From Octopus vulgaris (taxonomy: Eukaryota), in the NCBI GenBank assembly GCA_951406725.2, contig OX597831.1, positions 27,094,001 through 27,158,000 of the forward strand: 64,000 bases of DNA. The letters are read 5' to 3'. Below are positions 50,326 through 63,959 of this stretch, piece by piece. Position numbers and translations under genes: made by a program. Numbering within the stretch: the first letter of the stretch is position 1; every line of letters starts with the position of its first letter. The notes beneath the pieces are model-generated. The model ran no database searches, had not been told where the DNA came from, and saw only the letters and a list, made by a program, of their open reading frames with translations.

Positions 50326-50730
50326 TACTTCTTCCTTTCTTTTTCCTCCAGCCACTCTCTTTTCCATTCTTTTCTTTCTTTCTTGCTTTCTTCTACTCCT
50401 TCGCCCCGTTCTTCCCACCTCTTCTTTCCCTTCTTACATCATCCTCTCCTTTGTTCACCCCCTCTCTTTATCATTTCCCCTTCCCCTTTATTATCTTTTC
50501 GTTCATATCCCCCTCTCTCTCTCTCTTCACATTCCTTCCTCTCTTCCTCTCCACCTCATTCGATACTCCTCTCTTTTCCCTTTCTCTATTCTTCTCTTTC
50601 TTCCTCTTTATCTTTCTCCATCTCTCTCTCTCCCATTTCTTCTCATCTCCTTCATCCTTTTCTCCTCTCCCCTTTCCCTCCCCAGTTTTCCCCCCTTCTT
50701 CCACCGTTACCCATTATCCTCACCCCTACC
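50265..50730. repeat. Polypyrimidine (CT-rich) low-complexity tract
   Basis: Seen directly. Confidence 0.85.
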
Positions 50731-51190
50731 TTTACACAAACACCCAACAAAATACTTAGAAAACAAAAACTCTCGCCACTTCAACCTTTAGTTGTTATTG
50801 TTGATTTTGTTGTTGATGTTGATGTTGTTGTTGATTTTATTGTTGTTTAACCCTGGGCTAACTCTCATTGGCCAAACCTATGATCTAAGGCAGCAGGAGC
50901 TCCAGCCACCAGGCCGTGGATCATTTGGTACAGGGCCGCACAAAAAGAATAAATTTTCAAATTTTCTTTCTATCTTATTGATTATCGCAATCTTCTGGGT
51001 ATTTTTTGCTTTATGTATGTATGTATTATATATGTAATATATATATGTATCATATATGTAATGATATAGAGGGTGGACCAAAAACCAGGCACCGGAATTG
51101 TCAAAGACATGCTTCAATTTTTCTAAAATTGAATAAAATAAATAAAATAAAGATGAATGCACACGTAGTGGTACATGATGAACAAAACGA

Positions 51191-51249
<59 letters not shown>

Positions 51250-51264
51250 AAGAAGAAGAAGAAG

Positions 51265-51845
51265 AAATACCCTGATGCATTATCAGACAGTGGCTCTCAT
51301 GGCTTCTGATTTTAACTGACTGGAAATGTTGACCAACAAAATACTTGGAAAACATTGTTTTGTCTTGGCATAAAAGATGGGCTACAGCAAATATTCTACT
51401 CAATACCACAGATTATTTGCTTGTCAATTGTTTGACCTTAACCAGTTGACCATGTCCCTTAGTGACTGACGATATGTGCATCTCTGAGCACGAGCAGAAG
51501 TAGTGGAGGAGTATCATAGAGGAGTGCTTTGGGGTTTGGATAATTCACGTCTGGAAACATGCGTGTTTCGTTCAACATCTTAAACAATCCTTATTCAAGA
51601 ACCTTTTGAGTGGAATGGGCTACTCGACTTGAAGAAAATTGTAATTGGGCCCTACCTGCAATGTCATGCGCTGTTTATCTTGATATGAGATCACCATGTC
51701 GCGCACATTTGGTTGTGATGCATGTGCCTGGTGTACCCTTATCAGACGGGTAGTCATGATGGGTATACTGGGCTTCGTATATTTTACTCCAGTGTCACTT
51801 TGATGATATGCACTGCTCTCTTACTCAATAATAATAATAATAATA
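51265..51845 (+). mobile_element. LINE 3' UTR-like fragment with (AAT)n tail
   Basis: Last ~140 bp shared with 27355-27520; 5'-truncated copies ending in a simple-repeat tail. Confidence 0.55.
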
Positions 51846-52259
51846 AAGATTTCTTTTATTGACCACAAGGGCCCAAAATATGGACAATATCGAAGGACGA
51901 GTTACAGCACACAAAATCATAGCGAAAACAAAAAATACAAAAGCAAGTGGGACAGGTTTACATCAATCAAAGAGAGATACTACCACATTAAAGGATATAA
52001 CAGAGGATATGAAATAGAAATTAGAGAAATAATAAACAAATAAACAAATAAATAAGTAAATAAAATCCCTAATAGCAGGGCAGCCCACTTAGGATAATTC
52101 GGGGTAAACCCCACCCCAAATTCCCAGATTACTCTGCCATCTCCAAGGCATGGGAAAGTGCCTTCTCCCAGATTCTTTCCTTCTGCTTAGAAAAGTTTAC
52201 TCAGAGTCGGTCTGGTCTTCCCATTCTTGCCACTGAAAATAATTATAAAATTAATTTAT

Positions 52260-52476
52260 TTTTACTCTAGGCTCAAGGCCTAAAATTTGAGGAGAGGGGT
52301 AAGCCGCTTACATTGACCCCACTGCTCAACTGGTCCTTGTTATTTTATCGACCCTGAAAGGATGAAAAAGGCAAAGTCAACCTCGGCGGAATTTGAACTC
52401 AGAATGTAAAGAGCGGGAAGAAATGTCGCAAAACATTTTATCCGGCATGCTAACCATTCTGCCATCTGACCGCCTT
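52260..52476 (-). mobile_element. Family A SINE
   Basis: Match to family A. Confidence 0.85.
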
Positions 52477-52487
52477 CGTTAATCTTA

Positions 52488-52495
52488 CAGTAGTG

Positions 52496-52553
<58 letters not shown>

Positions 52554-52584
52554 CAACAGCAGCAGTAGTAGTTGTTGTATTTGT

Positions 52585-52643
<59 letters not shown>

Positions 52644-52758
52644 CAGCACTGGTGGTGGTGGTGGTGGTAGTAGTAGTGGTGGTGGTGGTGGTGGTAGCAG
52701 TTGTAGTAATAGTAGTAGTGGTGCCAGCAGTAGCAGCAGCAGCCGCAGCAGCAGCCGC

Positions 52759-52812
<54 letters not shown>

Positions 52813-52815
52813 TGA
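52488..52815. repeat. (TAG/CAG/TGG)n trinucleotide tract
   Basis: Seen directly. Confidence 0.95.
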
Positions 52816-53194
52816 ATGAACAAATAAGACGGAGACGAGAGGTCATTCGGTGCAAATTTTTCTCAAAGAAAAGAATCAAACGAACAAATAAAAAAATAAA
52901 AAACATTGTTTTGTCCCCGAATAACAAACCACATGTTTATTTTTTATTTTTTTGGTATTTGTTTTGTCTTATTTTGTTTTTTTACACTCGACGTCACTGT
53001 CATCCCACCCAGCCAGCACCCGTTTCACACAGACAACAAATTCGTACCTGGCCACCACCACCACGACCACCGCTGCCACCACAATCAATTGTACTATATC
53101 ACCTACTCCAAAACTACCACCTGCGATACCACATCACCACCACCACCATCTTCACCATCAACATCTTCTCCACTACCACACGACTACAACCACC

Positions 53195-53575
53195 TCTATC
53201 TATCTGTCTGTCTATCGGTCTGTCTGTCTGCCTGTCTGTCTGTATGTTCATCTCTGTTTGTTGTCTGTCTATCTGTCTGTCTGTCTGTCTGTCTGTCTAT
53301 CGGTCTGTCTGTCTGCCTGCCTGTCTGTATGTCTGTCTGTTCATCTCTCTGTTTGTTGTCTGTCTATCAGTCTGTCTGCCTGCCTGTCTGTTCATCTGTC
53401 TGTCTGTCTGTCTGTTTGTCTATCAGTCTGTCTGTCTGTCTATCAGTCTGTCTGTCTGTCTATCTGTTTGTTCATCTGTCTGTTTGTTGCATATCAGTCT
53501 GTCTGTTTATCTGTCTATCTGTTTGTCTGTTTATCTGTCTGTCTGTTGTCTGTCTTGTCTGTCTGTCTGTCTCTC
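53195..53575. repeat. (CTGT)n tetranucleotide tract
   Basis: Seen directly. Confidence 0.95.
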
Positions 53576-53627
53576 ATGCCAACCACAAATTTCAGCAACA
53601 GAGGTAAATCAATATTATATACGACAT

Positions 53628-54010
53628 AGGGCGGCGAAATGGCAGAATCGTTTCCAAGCCAAGCGAAATGCTTAGCGGAATTTCGTCCGACTTTACGTTC
53701 TGAGTTCAAATACCTATTTCTTTACTACCCACCAGGGGCTAAACGCAGAAAGGACAAACAAGGACAGACAAAGGAATTAAGTCGATTACATCGACCACAG
53801 GGCGTAACTGGTACTTAATTTATCGACCCCGAAAGGATGAAAGGCAAAGTCGACCTCGGCAGAATTTGAACTCAGAACGTAACGGCGAGACACTTTTTTC
53901 CGCGGCTTTTCATCCTTTCGGGGTCGATAAAATAAGTGCCAGTCGAATACTGAGGTCGATGTAATCGACTTATCTCCTCCCCTGAAATTGCTGGCCTTGT
54001 GCCAAAACTT
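53628..54010. mobile_element. Family A SINE (+) interrupted by an antisense family A SINE (53712-53888)
   Basis: Head at 53628-53710, inverted copy, core resumes at ~53900. Confidence 0.8.
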
Positions 54011-54242
54011 GAACTAAAAATATTATACACGACTGTATTTATTGGTGAAACCGTAACAATTTATTTGGTTTATCAAGTAACTTTAGCGGAATCTTAGCTT
54101 CTCTTAACAACGCTCTAAGTCTTGTCTTGTGCACCAGCTAACGCTTCTTGCCTTAAAATCTAAAATTCCACCATTCTTTGATTCATTTCGTACATAAATT
54201 TAGATGACGGATGGCTTCATGAGAAGCATTATTTTCTACTTT

Positions 54243-54630
54243 GGCGGTGAGCTGGCAGAAACGTTAGCACGCCGGGCGAAATGCGTAGCCGTATTTCGTC
54301 TGCTGCTACGTTCTGAGTTCAAATTCCGCTGAGGTTGACTTTGCCTTTCATCCTTTCGGGGTCGATTAATTAAGTACCAGTTACGCACTGGGGTCGATAT
54401 AATCGACTTAATCCGTTTGTCTGTCCTTGTTTGTCCTCTCTGTGTTTAGCCCCTTCTGGGTAGTAAAGAAATTGGTATTTCGTCCGTCGCTACGTTCTGA
54501 GTTCAAATTCCACCGAGGTCGACTTTGCCTTCCATCCTTTCAGGGTCGATAAATTAAGTACCAGTTGCGTACTGGGGTCGATCTGATCGATTGCCCCCCC
54601 TCCCACCAAATTTCAGGATTATTTTCTACC
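54243..54630 (+). mobile_element. Tandem family A SINEs
   Basis: Match to family A. Confidence 0.88.
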
Positions 54631-55162
54631 TTGACCAGTTTCCACGTTCCAATCAGAAACTTATGTGTGTGTGTTTACATATATATTATGTCTGCGATTT
54701 TTTCCCCACGAGAGTTCCGGACCCCAATAATGAACTCATTTGTATACAGCCAATCAGAGCTCAACTTGACCTTGTCAAGTTAACAAACACACTCTACCAA
54801 GTAAACTCAAGACAAAGAACGGTGTTGTAAGTCGACTGCTCTCCAAGTTATGCCTGATTTTAGGAGACAATTAGATAGATTTGCATCTATACCTATTATC
54901 GGATTTTGTTAGGGCCTCATATGGTAAAGATGTGGATGGGGAAAATGTGGATAGATGGTGATGTACTTACAACCCTCTTCCTTTACTGTTTTACAAAGTA
55001 AACAACAACACACATAACTACGCTGAGGCAGCCATGGTTGAAACAAGAACAAGAACAACAAGCATTATCAAAAGAGAAAAGAAGAATGGTCATTCCTTAA
55101 CCAAGTGACCTTATCTTGTGGTTCATAATTGGGGTCCGGAACTCTCGTAGGAAGAAAATCAC

Positions 55163-55372
55163 CACCGGTTCAGTTTCCACATTTATATTTATATTTTTTT
55201 CCTATCCAAAATTTTCGTTGCTTTTGCAACTTTATCAGTGAATGTTGATTCTGTCAGAAGGAACGCAGCTCCGATGACGGACAGTCAACATCCATTGGCA
55301 AGGTAGTAAAAGCAACGAAAATTTTGGAAAGGAAAAAATATAAATAATAAATGAATGGAAATTGAACCGGTG
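55163..55372. repeat. Imperfect inverted repeat (~92-bp arms), each arm with a hammerhead-like remnant
   Basis: CACCGGTTCAGTTTCCA...TTTTCGTTGCTTTT... versus ...AAAAGCAACGAAAA...TGGAAATTGAACCGGTG. Confidence 0.8.
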
Positions 55373-55475
55373 AGCGTGTTAGATATTAAGGCAGAATGAC
55401 TTTCCCCGGGCACAAAATTTGTTTCAACACACGAATTCACATAAAGAATCTTGCAAACCAGATACAAAAACGAAG

Positions 55476-55570
<95 letters not shown>

Positions 55571-55622
55571 TATTAAATTGCTGAGCGAGATATATGCAGT
55601 AGTAATACGGAATTGTAACATA

Positions 55623-55869
55623 TAATTGCCAACCAAGTGTGGCGTCCTATACAGGACAGTGCTACTGACATTTATAGCCCCAGGAAGACATTTCCTCCAA
55701 CTAGCTAACGACACACGTTCTGTGTCCGATTAGTATTTGCGAGGGAGCGATGACCTCCCCATGCAAATACAGAATGTGTGCCGTCAGCCAGCTGGAGGAC
55801 ATGTCGTCCTGGGGCTATAAACATCAGTAGCACTGTCCTGTATAGGACGCCACATTTGGTTGGCAATTA
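55623..55869. mobile_element. Palindromic MITE-like element (~100-bp arms)
   Basis: TAATTGCCAACCAAGTGTGGCGTCCTATACAGGACAGTGCTACTGA ... TCAGTAGCACTGTCCTGTATAGGACGCCACATTTGGTTGGCAATTA. Confidence 0.85.
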
Positions 55870-55876
55870 CGTTACG

Positions 55877-55942
<66 letters not shown>

Positions 55943-56103
55943 TATTTTATTAATTTATTTAACAGTTCTGTAGCTCAATGGTTGCTTACTGATATTGTGG
56001 AATGTGTAATTAGTTGGAATCTACAGAAAAGAAAAGACGATGACAGGTGAAGGAACAACAAACGGGTGTAGTAGTAGCTTGACTTCGGGAAGAATGGAAA
56101 AGT

Positions 56104-56139
56104 CTTTGACGATTCGAGCCTACGCTCTTCGACAGAAAG
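56104..56139 (-). ncRNA. Degenerate Penelope-type hammerhead remnant
   Basis: Minus strand: CUUU-CUGuCGA-A-GAGC(GUAG)GCUC-GAAu-C-GUC-AAAG; two core substitutions. Confidence 0.45.
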
Positions 56140-56225
56140 GTTTGAAAGGAAAAAAAAGATGGAGAGAGAACGAAATAAAAAAAAACATATATTTACCTAC
56201 ACACACACACACATATATACATACG

Positions 56226-56490
56226 ACCTTCGAAACGTGGAGTAGATGAAATTAAGGCGACTGAAGAAGGGGAATTTTCCTTGTTTTGTATGTCCTGTAC
56301 TCTATTTTTTCGTTGTTTTAAAAAAATGTCCATTTCCTTGGTTTTGTGTTTATGTTTTCGTTTCTCATTGTGTTCGACGTTTTTTTTGGTGTCCTGTATC
56401 CATATATGCGTGTATATATACATGTAGAGGTAGGTACGTACATATATGTATGTATATATGCATATGTTTTATTTATTTATTTTATATATA
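56226..56490 (+). mobile_element. Penelope-like terminal-repeat fragment
   Basis: CCTTCGAAACGTGGAGTAGATG...CTGAAGAAGG...GTCCTGTATCCATATATGC; same family as 21850 and 24950. Confidence 0.5.
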
Positions 56491-57144
56491 TATATACACA
56501 TGCATATACATACATAATGTATATACACATACATACAAAATACACACACACATATATATATATAACAGAGAGAGAGATAATACATACGCATACATATACA
56601 AATACAAACATGCACGTGTATACATACATGCATATACACGTATACACATACATACACACAAGCATATATACATCACACACACGTATAGTTACACAGCATT
56701 CATACATACATGCATACACACATGCATGCATACATACATACATACATACATACATACATAAAGTTTATAGTTGTTACTTAAAATTATTCGGTCATGTGAC
56801 TTGCTGAACGTAAACAACACCAACAACAATAACACCAGCAGTCACAAACAAACAAAAAAACAACAACAACAAAGAAGAAGAAAAGTATAAATAAATTAAT
56901 AAATTAATTAATTAATAAACGGAGTTCCCGGATGTGATGAGGATTGTTATCGGGATATTGGGTACTATGGTTAGGGGAAACGATTGAGATGATGTTATTG
57001 GGTGCAGGGCCTTGGGGGTAGGGGATACGGCAGAAAGGGTGGGGATAGAGAGAGAGAGAGAGAGAGAGGATGTGGGTGGTGGGATGAGGTGAGAGGGGGA
57101 GAATGGAGTTCAAGGAAATGATTGTATATATGGGTATATATGAG

Positions 57145-57201
<57 letters not shown>

Positions 57202-57565
57202 GTGTGTGCGTGTATTTACATGGTGTGTATGTGTATACGTTTCAATGTAGGTATGTATGTCTCTGTGTAGCTATATGCATGTGTGTGTGTATATGTGCGT
57301 GTGTATTTACATGGATGTATATGTGTATACGTTTCAGTGTAGGTATGTATGTATGTATGTCTCTGTGTAGCTATATGCATGTGTATATGTGTGTGTATGT
57401 GTATATACTTTTATGTGCACATGCATTTATGTGTATGTATATGTATACGCGGGTGTAGATGTATGCATTTGTGTATACACACATACACATAGGTTTCATA
57501 CATATGTGTGTGTGTGTTTGATTATAATACATAATATATATATAATATTCTATAATATATATGCT

Positions 57566-57622
<57 letters not shown>

Positions 57623-58371
57623 ACACACATATATACACACATACAAATTGTGAAATGAATAGACAGGCAGGCAGACAGACAGACAGATAAATAGATAGGT
57701 AGATGGATAAATAACCTTCGAAAAGTACGCTTCTGTATCTGTACCTAAAACTCGCCCAACACCACTAAACAACAGCGAACCCCCCCACCACCTTCATCTC
57801 CACCTCCACTAACACCACCATCACCCTCACCCTCATCCCCACCCCCACCTCACCCCACTCCACCTCACGCCACCCCACTCCACCACACGCCACCCCCACC
57901 CCACCCGACCATTCTCCACTGTCCGTCGTCTACTCCACCACCACCACCTTTCTAACCACAACAACACCGGTACCGTTATGTGCGAGCCACACCTGCGAAG
58001 GACAGGTAGGGTCAGAAAGTGGAGGTCATTAGGTACACATTCCAGCATAGACCGAGAAAAAAACGAGGAAAGGATGAAAGCCAGGTGTCAACGAGTGCAG
58101 TTTCTTATGGATGACTTGAGTCTTATAATACACACACACACGTGTGTATTAATGTGTGTGTGTGTGTGAGTGTGTGTACATAAACGTTCACAGACATAAA
58201 CACACATTCGCATGCGCACAGCTATATGTATGTTATTATGCGTAATCATCTTGTATATAAAAATAAACACCACACACACACATACACACGCTCACACACA
58301 CATTTCTTTCTCTATCTATCTATCTATCCATCTATCTATCTATCCATCTATCTATCTATCCATCTATCCAT

Positions 58372-58425
<54 letters not shown>

Positions 58426-58426
58426 C

Positions 58427-58544
<118 letters not shown>

Positions 58545-58598
58545 CATACATACATACATACATACACACATACACATTTACATATATACAAATGCATG

Positions 58599-58634
<36 letters not shown>

Positions 58635-59119
58635 GTGATATAATGATTCATACAACTAGTACACACGGTGTATTTGGTATAATAATTAGTAACTAATACG
58701 TATGCGTATACTATAATATATCATCAGTCACGTACATACACACATATACACACACACACACACACTCGCACATATCCACACAAATGCGCGCGCGTGCTCT
58801 TGTGTGTTTATACTCGGCAAACATTTCATGCTAATTGTGGCGTGCCCGTTACGCGAGCATGAATTGACAGATTTACGGATTGGTTCCTTCAACGCGCCGG
58901 GTTTACGTCATCACTTTTCCAACGAATCATCTCACTTTTCTACATAGACAAACTGGCGCCAAAACCAGCCGACGTCATTAACTTTTCTAACCGTTCATCA
59001 ACTTTTGACTGATTGTATGTTAACCGGGTGTATGTTGGTGGAAAGGAGCTTAGCCGAGTACAAATACCACCACCCCGTGTTTGGCTGAGTTACTGGACAT
59101 CTCGGACATAAGCGTAGAT

Positions 59120-59390
59120 GGTCAGTATGCTATTTACGATGTATCATACCGCAGTGATTGATACCAGACTATTTACGATGTATCTGTCACAGTGATGAAC
59201 AACAACAGACCAGTTACGATGTATCATAGGCGCAGGAGTGGCTGTGTAGTAAGTAGCTTGCTTACCAGCCACATGGTTCCGGGTTCAATCCCACTGCGTG
59301 GCACCTTGGGCAAGTGTCTTCTACTATAGCCTCGGGCCGACCAACGCCTTGTGAGTGGATTTGGTAGACGGAAACTGAAAGAAGCCCGTC

Positions 59391-59446
<56 letters not shown>

Positions 59447-59810
59447 GTTTATGTGGCTGTGTTTGTCCCCCCAACATCGCATGACAACCGATGTTGGTGT
59501 GTTTACATCCCAGTTCAGCAAAAGAGACCGATAGAATAAGTCCTGGGGTTGATGTGCTCGCCTAAAGGTAGTGCTCCAGCATGACCACAGCCAAATGACT
59601 GAAACAAATAAAAATAAAATAAAAGAATACCACAGTGATGAACAGCAGACCCATTACGATGTATCATAACTGCTGTGATGGACGGCAGACCAGTCGTGAT
59701 GTATCATAAAGCAGTGATAGGGAGCAGGCTAGTTATGATACATTATTTTGCAGCGATAGACAATAGACCAGTTATGATGCATTAAAGCGCAGTGATTAAC
59801 AGTAGACCAA
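59120..59810. repeat. ~40-bp tandem repeat (CAGTGATGAACA.CAGACCAGTTACGATGTATCAT) split by a family B SINE at 59228-59628
   Basis: Three units before and about five after the SINE. Confidence 0.85.
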
Positions 59811-60094
59811 CGTTAAAAAAGAATCTATCGTAAAGGCATCTGCCAACAGCTTAACAACTCGTAGATGACAACTCGGCATATGTGTCCGTCGATGACATCC
59901 GAATATTGATATCGTAATCTATTCGATGAAATTATTTGTTTTCTTTTAATGGCTTTGAATTGTTCAATGTATGGGTGCGTATGACAGGGTAGAATTACAC
60001 ATGTTTATAGGGGCATATATGCCGGGTGCTACTACATTCAGAATTCTCATATTTAAGTGCGGGTGTATATAGGGATGTCACCGGTATATATATT

Positions 60095-60487
60095 TCTATC
60101 TTTTATTACTTGTTTCAGTTACTGAATTGCGGCCACCGCCTTCAAGGGTTTTAGTCGAGCAAATCGACCCGGGACTTATTCTTTGTAAGCCCAGTACTTA
60201 TTCTATCGGTCTCTTTTGCCGAACCGCTAAGTGACGGGGACCTAAAGACACCAGCATCGGTTGTCAAGCAATGATAGGGGGACAAACACAGACACACAAA
60301 CATACACACACATACATATATATGACAGGCTTCTTTCAGTTTCCGTCTACCAAATCCACTCACAAGGCATTGGTCGGCTCGAGGCTATAGCAGAAGACAC
60401 TTGCCCAAGATGTCACGCAGTGGGACTGAACCCGGAACCATGTGGTTGGTAAGCAAGCTACTTACCACACAGCCACTCCTGCGCCTA
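60095..60487 (-). mobile_element. Full-length family B SINE
   Basis: Match to family B. Confidence 0.92.
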
Positions 60488-60631
60488 TTGTTTTTTTTTT
60501 AAAGTCTGGTACTTATCCAGTCCGCTCCTTTTGCCGAACTGTTAAGTAACCTGGACGTAAACAAACCAAAACTGGTTCTCAAACGGTGAGAGGACAGACA
60601 AACATGCGTGCGCGCACACAAACAACACACG

Positions 60632-60690
<59 letters not shown>

Positions 60691-60697
60691 ATAAATA

Positions 60698-60870
60698 TTG
60701 CTTAGCGGTATTTCATCTGCCGCTACGTTCTAAGTCCAAATTCCGTCGAGGTCGACATAACTTTTCATCCTTTCGGATCGATTAAATAAGTACCAGTTAC
60801 GCACTGGGGTCGATATAATCGACTTGATTCCTTGTTTGTCCCCTCTATGTTTAGCCCCCTGTGGGCAATA
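60698..60870 (+). mobile_element. Family A SINE, 5'-truncated
   Basis: Match to family A. Confidence 0.8.
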
Positions 60871-61052
60871 AATATATAAGTAAATAATATATAAATATAT
60901 ATATATACCTATATGCGACGAGCTTCATTCATTTTCCGTCTACCCCAAGGCTTTGGTCGGCCCGGGGCTATAGCAGGAGACATTTGCCCAAGGTGGTTGG
61001 GAAGCAACACCTGCTTATTTATATAGCCACAATGACTATATATATATATATA

Positions 61053-61392
61053 GTTACGACGACGAGGGTTCCAGTTGATCCAATCAACGGATCAGCCCCT
61101 GCTCGTGAAAATAACGTGCAAGTGGCTGAGCGTCCCACAGGCACCCCCTTAAGGTAGTTCTCGGAGAGATTCAGCATGACACAGTGTGACAAGGCTGAAC
61201 CCTTTGAAATACAGGTACAACAGAAACAGGAAGAGTGAGAGAAAGTTGTGGTGAAAGAGTACAGCAGGGTTCGCCACGACCCCTTCCGGAGCCTCGTGGA
61301 GCTTTAGGTGTTTTCACTCAATAAACACTCACAACGTCTGGTCTGGGAATCGAGTCCGCTGCCCTAACCACAGGGTCATTGCGACTCCACAA
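61053..61392 (-). mobile_element. Family C SINE
   Basis: Homologous to 27522-27908. Confidence 0.88.
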
Positions 61393-61427
61393 AGTTATAT
61401 ATTATATAACTCTCTCTATATATATAT

Positions 61428-61820
61428 AGGCACAGGAGTGGCTGTGTGGTAAGTAGATTGCTTACCAACTACATAGCTCCGGGTTCAGTCTCACTGCGTG
61501 GCACCTTGGGCAAGTATCTTCTACTATAGCCTCGGGCAGACCAAAGCCTTGTGAGTGAATTTGGTAGACGGAAACTGAAAGAAGCCTGTCGTATATATAT
61601 ATATATGTTTGTGTGTCGGTTCTTGTCCCCCCTACCATCGCTTGACAATCGATGTTGGTGTGTTTACGTCCCTGTAATTAGCGGTTCGGCAAAAAAAAAT
61701 ATACCGATAGAATAAGTACCAGGCTTACAAAGAATAAGTCCCGGGGTCGATTTGTTCGACTAAAGCGGTGCTCCAGCATGGCTGCAGTCAAATGACTGAA
61801 ACAAATAAAAGAAAAGAATA
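61428..61820 (+). mobile_element. Full-length family B SINE
   Basis: Match to family B. Confidence 0.92.
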
Positions 61821-62217
61821 AAACAATATGTATATATAACTTACAGTGTCTCGTTGCTTTATTGTTCTGCCGAACAATAATCTATAGATTTCTAACCAAC
61901 AATGATAGCTACGAGGAAGATAAACATTATATTTATATACACAATATGCTCGTGACCAGAAAAGGAAGAAACAGCTTTATAAGCTACATATATCAATTCT
62001 GTTTGCACTTACTTCAGCAGCTATGCACCAACCATAGTTGCATATGAAAACATTGCTTACAAATCCTTTGATGTTAGTGGCTACGGCAAACTGAATAGGC
62101 CAATTTGCATATCTAACGCTTCCTACACAGCCAGTTTGAATATTAAGTTATTATATAATTCGCGTGGCTTTGTAGTCAGGATGTTGCTTTGACGATCGTA
62201 AGGTTGTGGTTTCGATT

Positions 62218-62640
62218 CTTATTTCTTTATTGCCCACAAGGGGCAAACAAGGACAGATAAAGGGAACAAACAAGGACAGATAAAGGGATTGAGTCGATTA
62301 CATCGACCACAGTGCGCAACTGGTACTAATTTAATCGACCCCCAAAAGGATGAAAGGCAAAGTCGACCTCGGCGGAATTTGAACTCAGAACGTAGCGGTA
62401 AACGAAATACCAATTTCTTTACTGCCCACAAGGGGCTAAACACAGAGAGGACAAACAAGGACAGACAAACGGATTAAGTCGATTACATCGACCCCAGTGC
62501 GTAACTGGTACTTAATTTAGCGATCCCGAAAGGATGAAAGGCAAAGTCGACCTCGGCGGAATTTGAACTCAGAACCTAACGGCAGACGAAATACGGCTAC
62601 GCATTTCGCCCGGCGCGCTAACGTTTCTGCCAGCTCGCCT
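62218..62640 (-). mobile_element. Two family A SINEs inserted in the B box of a family D SINE (62160-62850)
   Basis: GTTTCGATTC is duplicated at ~62209-62218 and ~62661-62670. Confidence 0.8.
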
Positions 62641-62866
62641 TTTTTCTCTTCTTTTTTGTAGTTTCGATTCCTAGAGAGGGCGATGCGCTGTGTTTTAAGT
62701 AAAATACCCCGTTTCACGTTTCTCCATTCCACTCAACTGGCAAAACTGAGCAATCCTTCCACAGACCGCTGTCCCGTGGATGAGGGGAATATGTCCGGGG
62801 AAAGCAACCTTGTGAACCTATGGCCCAGGAAGGGACTATGATACTTTTTTAAAAAAATTTTATAAT

Positions 62867-63245
62867 AGGCTCAGGAGTGGCTGTGTGGTAAGTAGCTTGC
62901 TTACCAACCACATGGTTTCGGGGTCAGTCCCACTGCGTGGCACCTTGGGCAAGTGTCTTCTACTATAGCCTCGGGCCGACCAAAGCCTTGTGAGTGGATT
63001 TGGTAGATGGAAACTGAAAGAAGCCCGTCGTATATATGTATATATATATATACGCGTGTCTGTGTTTGTCACCGATGCTGGTGTGTTTATGTTCCCGTTA
63101 CTTAGCGGTTCGGCAAAAGGGACCGATAGAATAAGTACTGGGCTTACAAAAGAATAAGTCCCAGGGTCGAGTTCATCGATTAAAGGCGGTGCTCCAGCAT
63201 GGCCCCAGTCAAATGACTGAAACAAGTAAAAGAGTAAAAGAGTAA
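62867..63245 (+). mobile_element. Full-length family B SINE
   Basis: Match to family B. Confidence 0.92.
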
Positions 63246-63514
63246 TTCATTACAGTAACGAAGCGAAACCCTAGTAGCTTACAAATATGCACACACACCT
63301 ACACGCTAGTAATACACACACGCACATACTTCAGTAATGCAAACACACACATACACCAGTGACGCGCGCGTACACGCACACATATCAACAATGCATAGAA
63401 ACACCGATGGTGCAGACACCCAGACATACACACCAGTTGTACGCACGCATACGCCAGTAAAACACACACACATATGCACAAGTAATACACACACACGCAT
63501 ATACATACCAGCAA

Positions 63515-63757
63515 TGCTGGCAGACACGTTAGCGCGCCGGGCGAAATGCTTAGCGGTATTTCGTCTGTCGTTACGTTCTGAGTTCAAATTCCGCCGAGGT
63601 CAACTTTGCCTTTCATCCTTTCGGGGTCGATAAATAAAGTACCAATTTCGCATTGGGGTCGATATAATCGACTCAATCCCTTCGTCTGTCCTTGTTTGTC
63701 GCCTCTGTGTTTAGCCCCCTCTGTGTTTAGCCCCCTTGTGGGCAGTAAAGTAAAGAA
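63515..63757 (+). mobile_element. Family A SINE
   Basis: Match to family A; flanked by duplicated ATACATACCAGCAATGC. Confidence 0.88.
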
Positions 63758-63959
63758 ATATATACATACCAGCAATGCACACACACGCACACACACACGC
63801 ATACACACACACATCACATCACACACACCAGTAATGCATACACACACGCACACGCACACATCACATCACACCACACATATATACACAGCTTGGAGAAGAA
63901 GTATGGGTTCCGCTAGATTAAATAAATCCCAAATATACGAGTCCATAACTAAGAGGAAA

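Noticed and set aside
50890-51130. Possible hAT (MER1-like) and Tc1 TIR fragments
   Set aside because: Only single short ends were seen and no partner TIR was found, so they are too weak to annotate.
59120-59810. Regularly spaced ~40-bp repeats resembling a CRISPR array
   Set aside because: Eukaryotic context; degenerate tandem units with no unique spacers and no cas genes.
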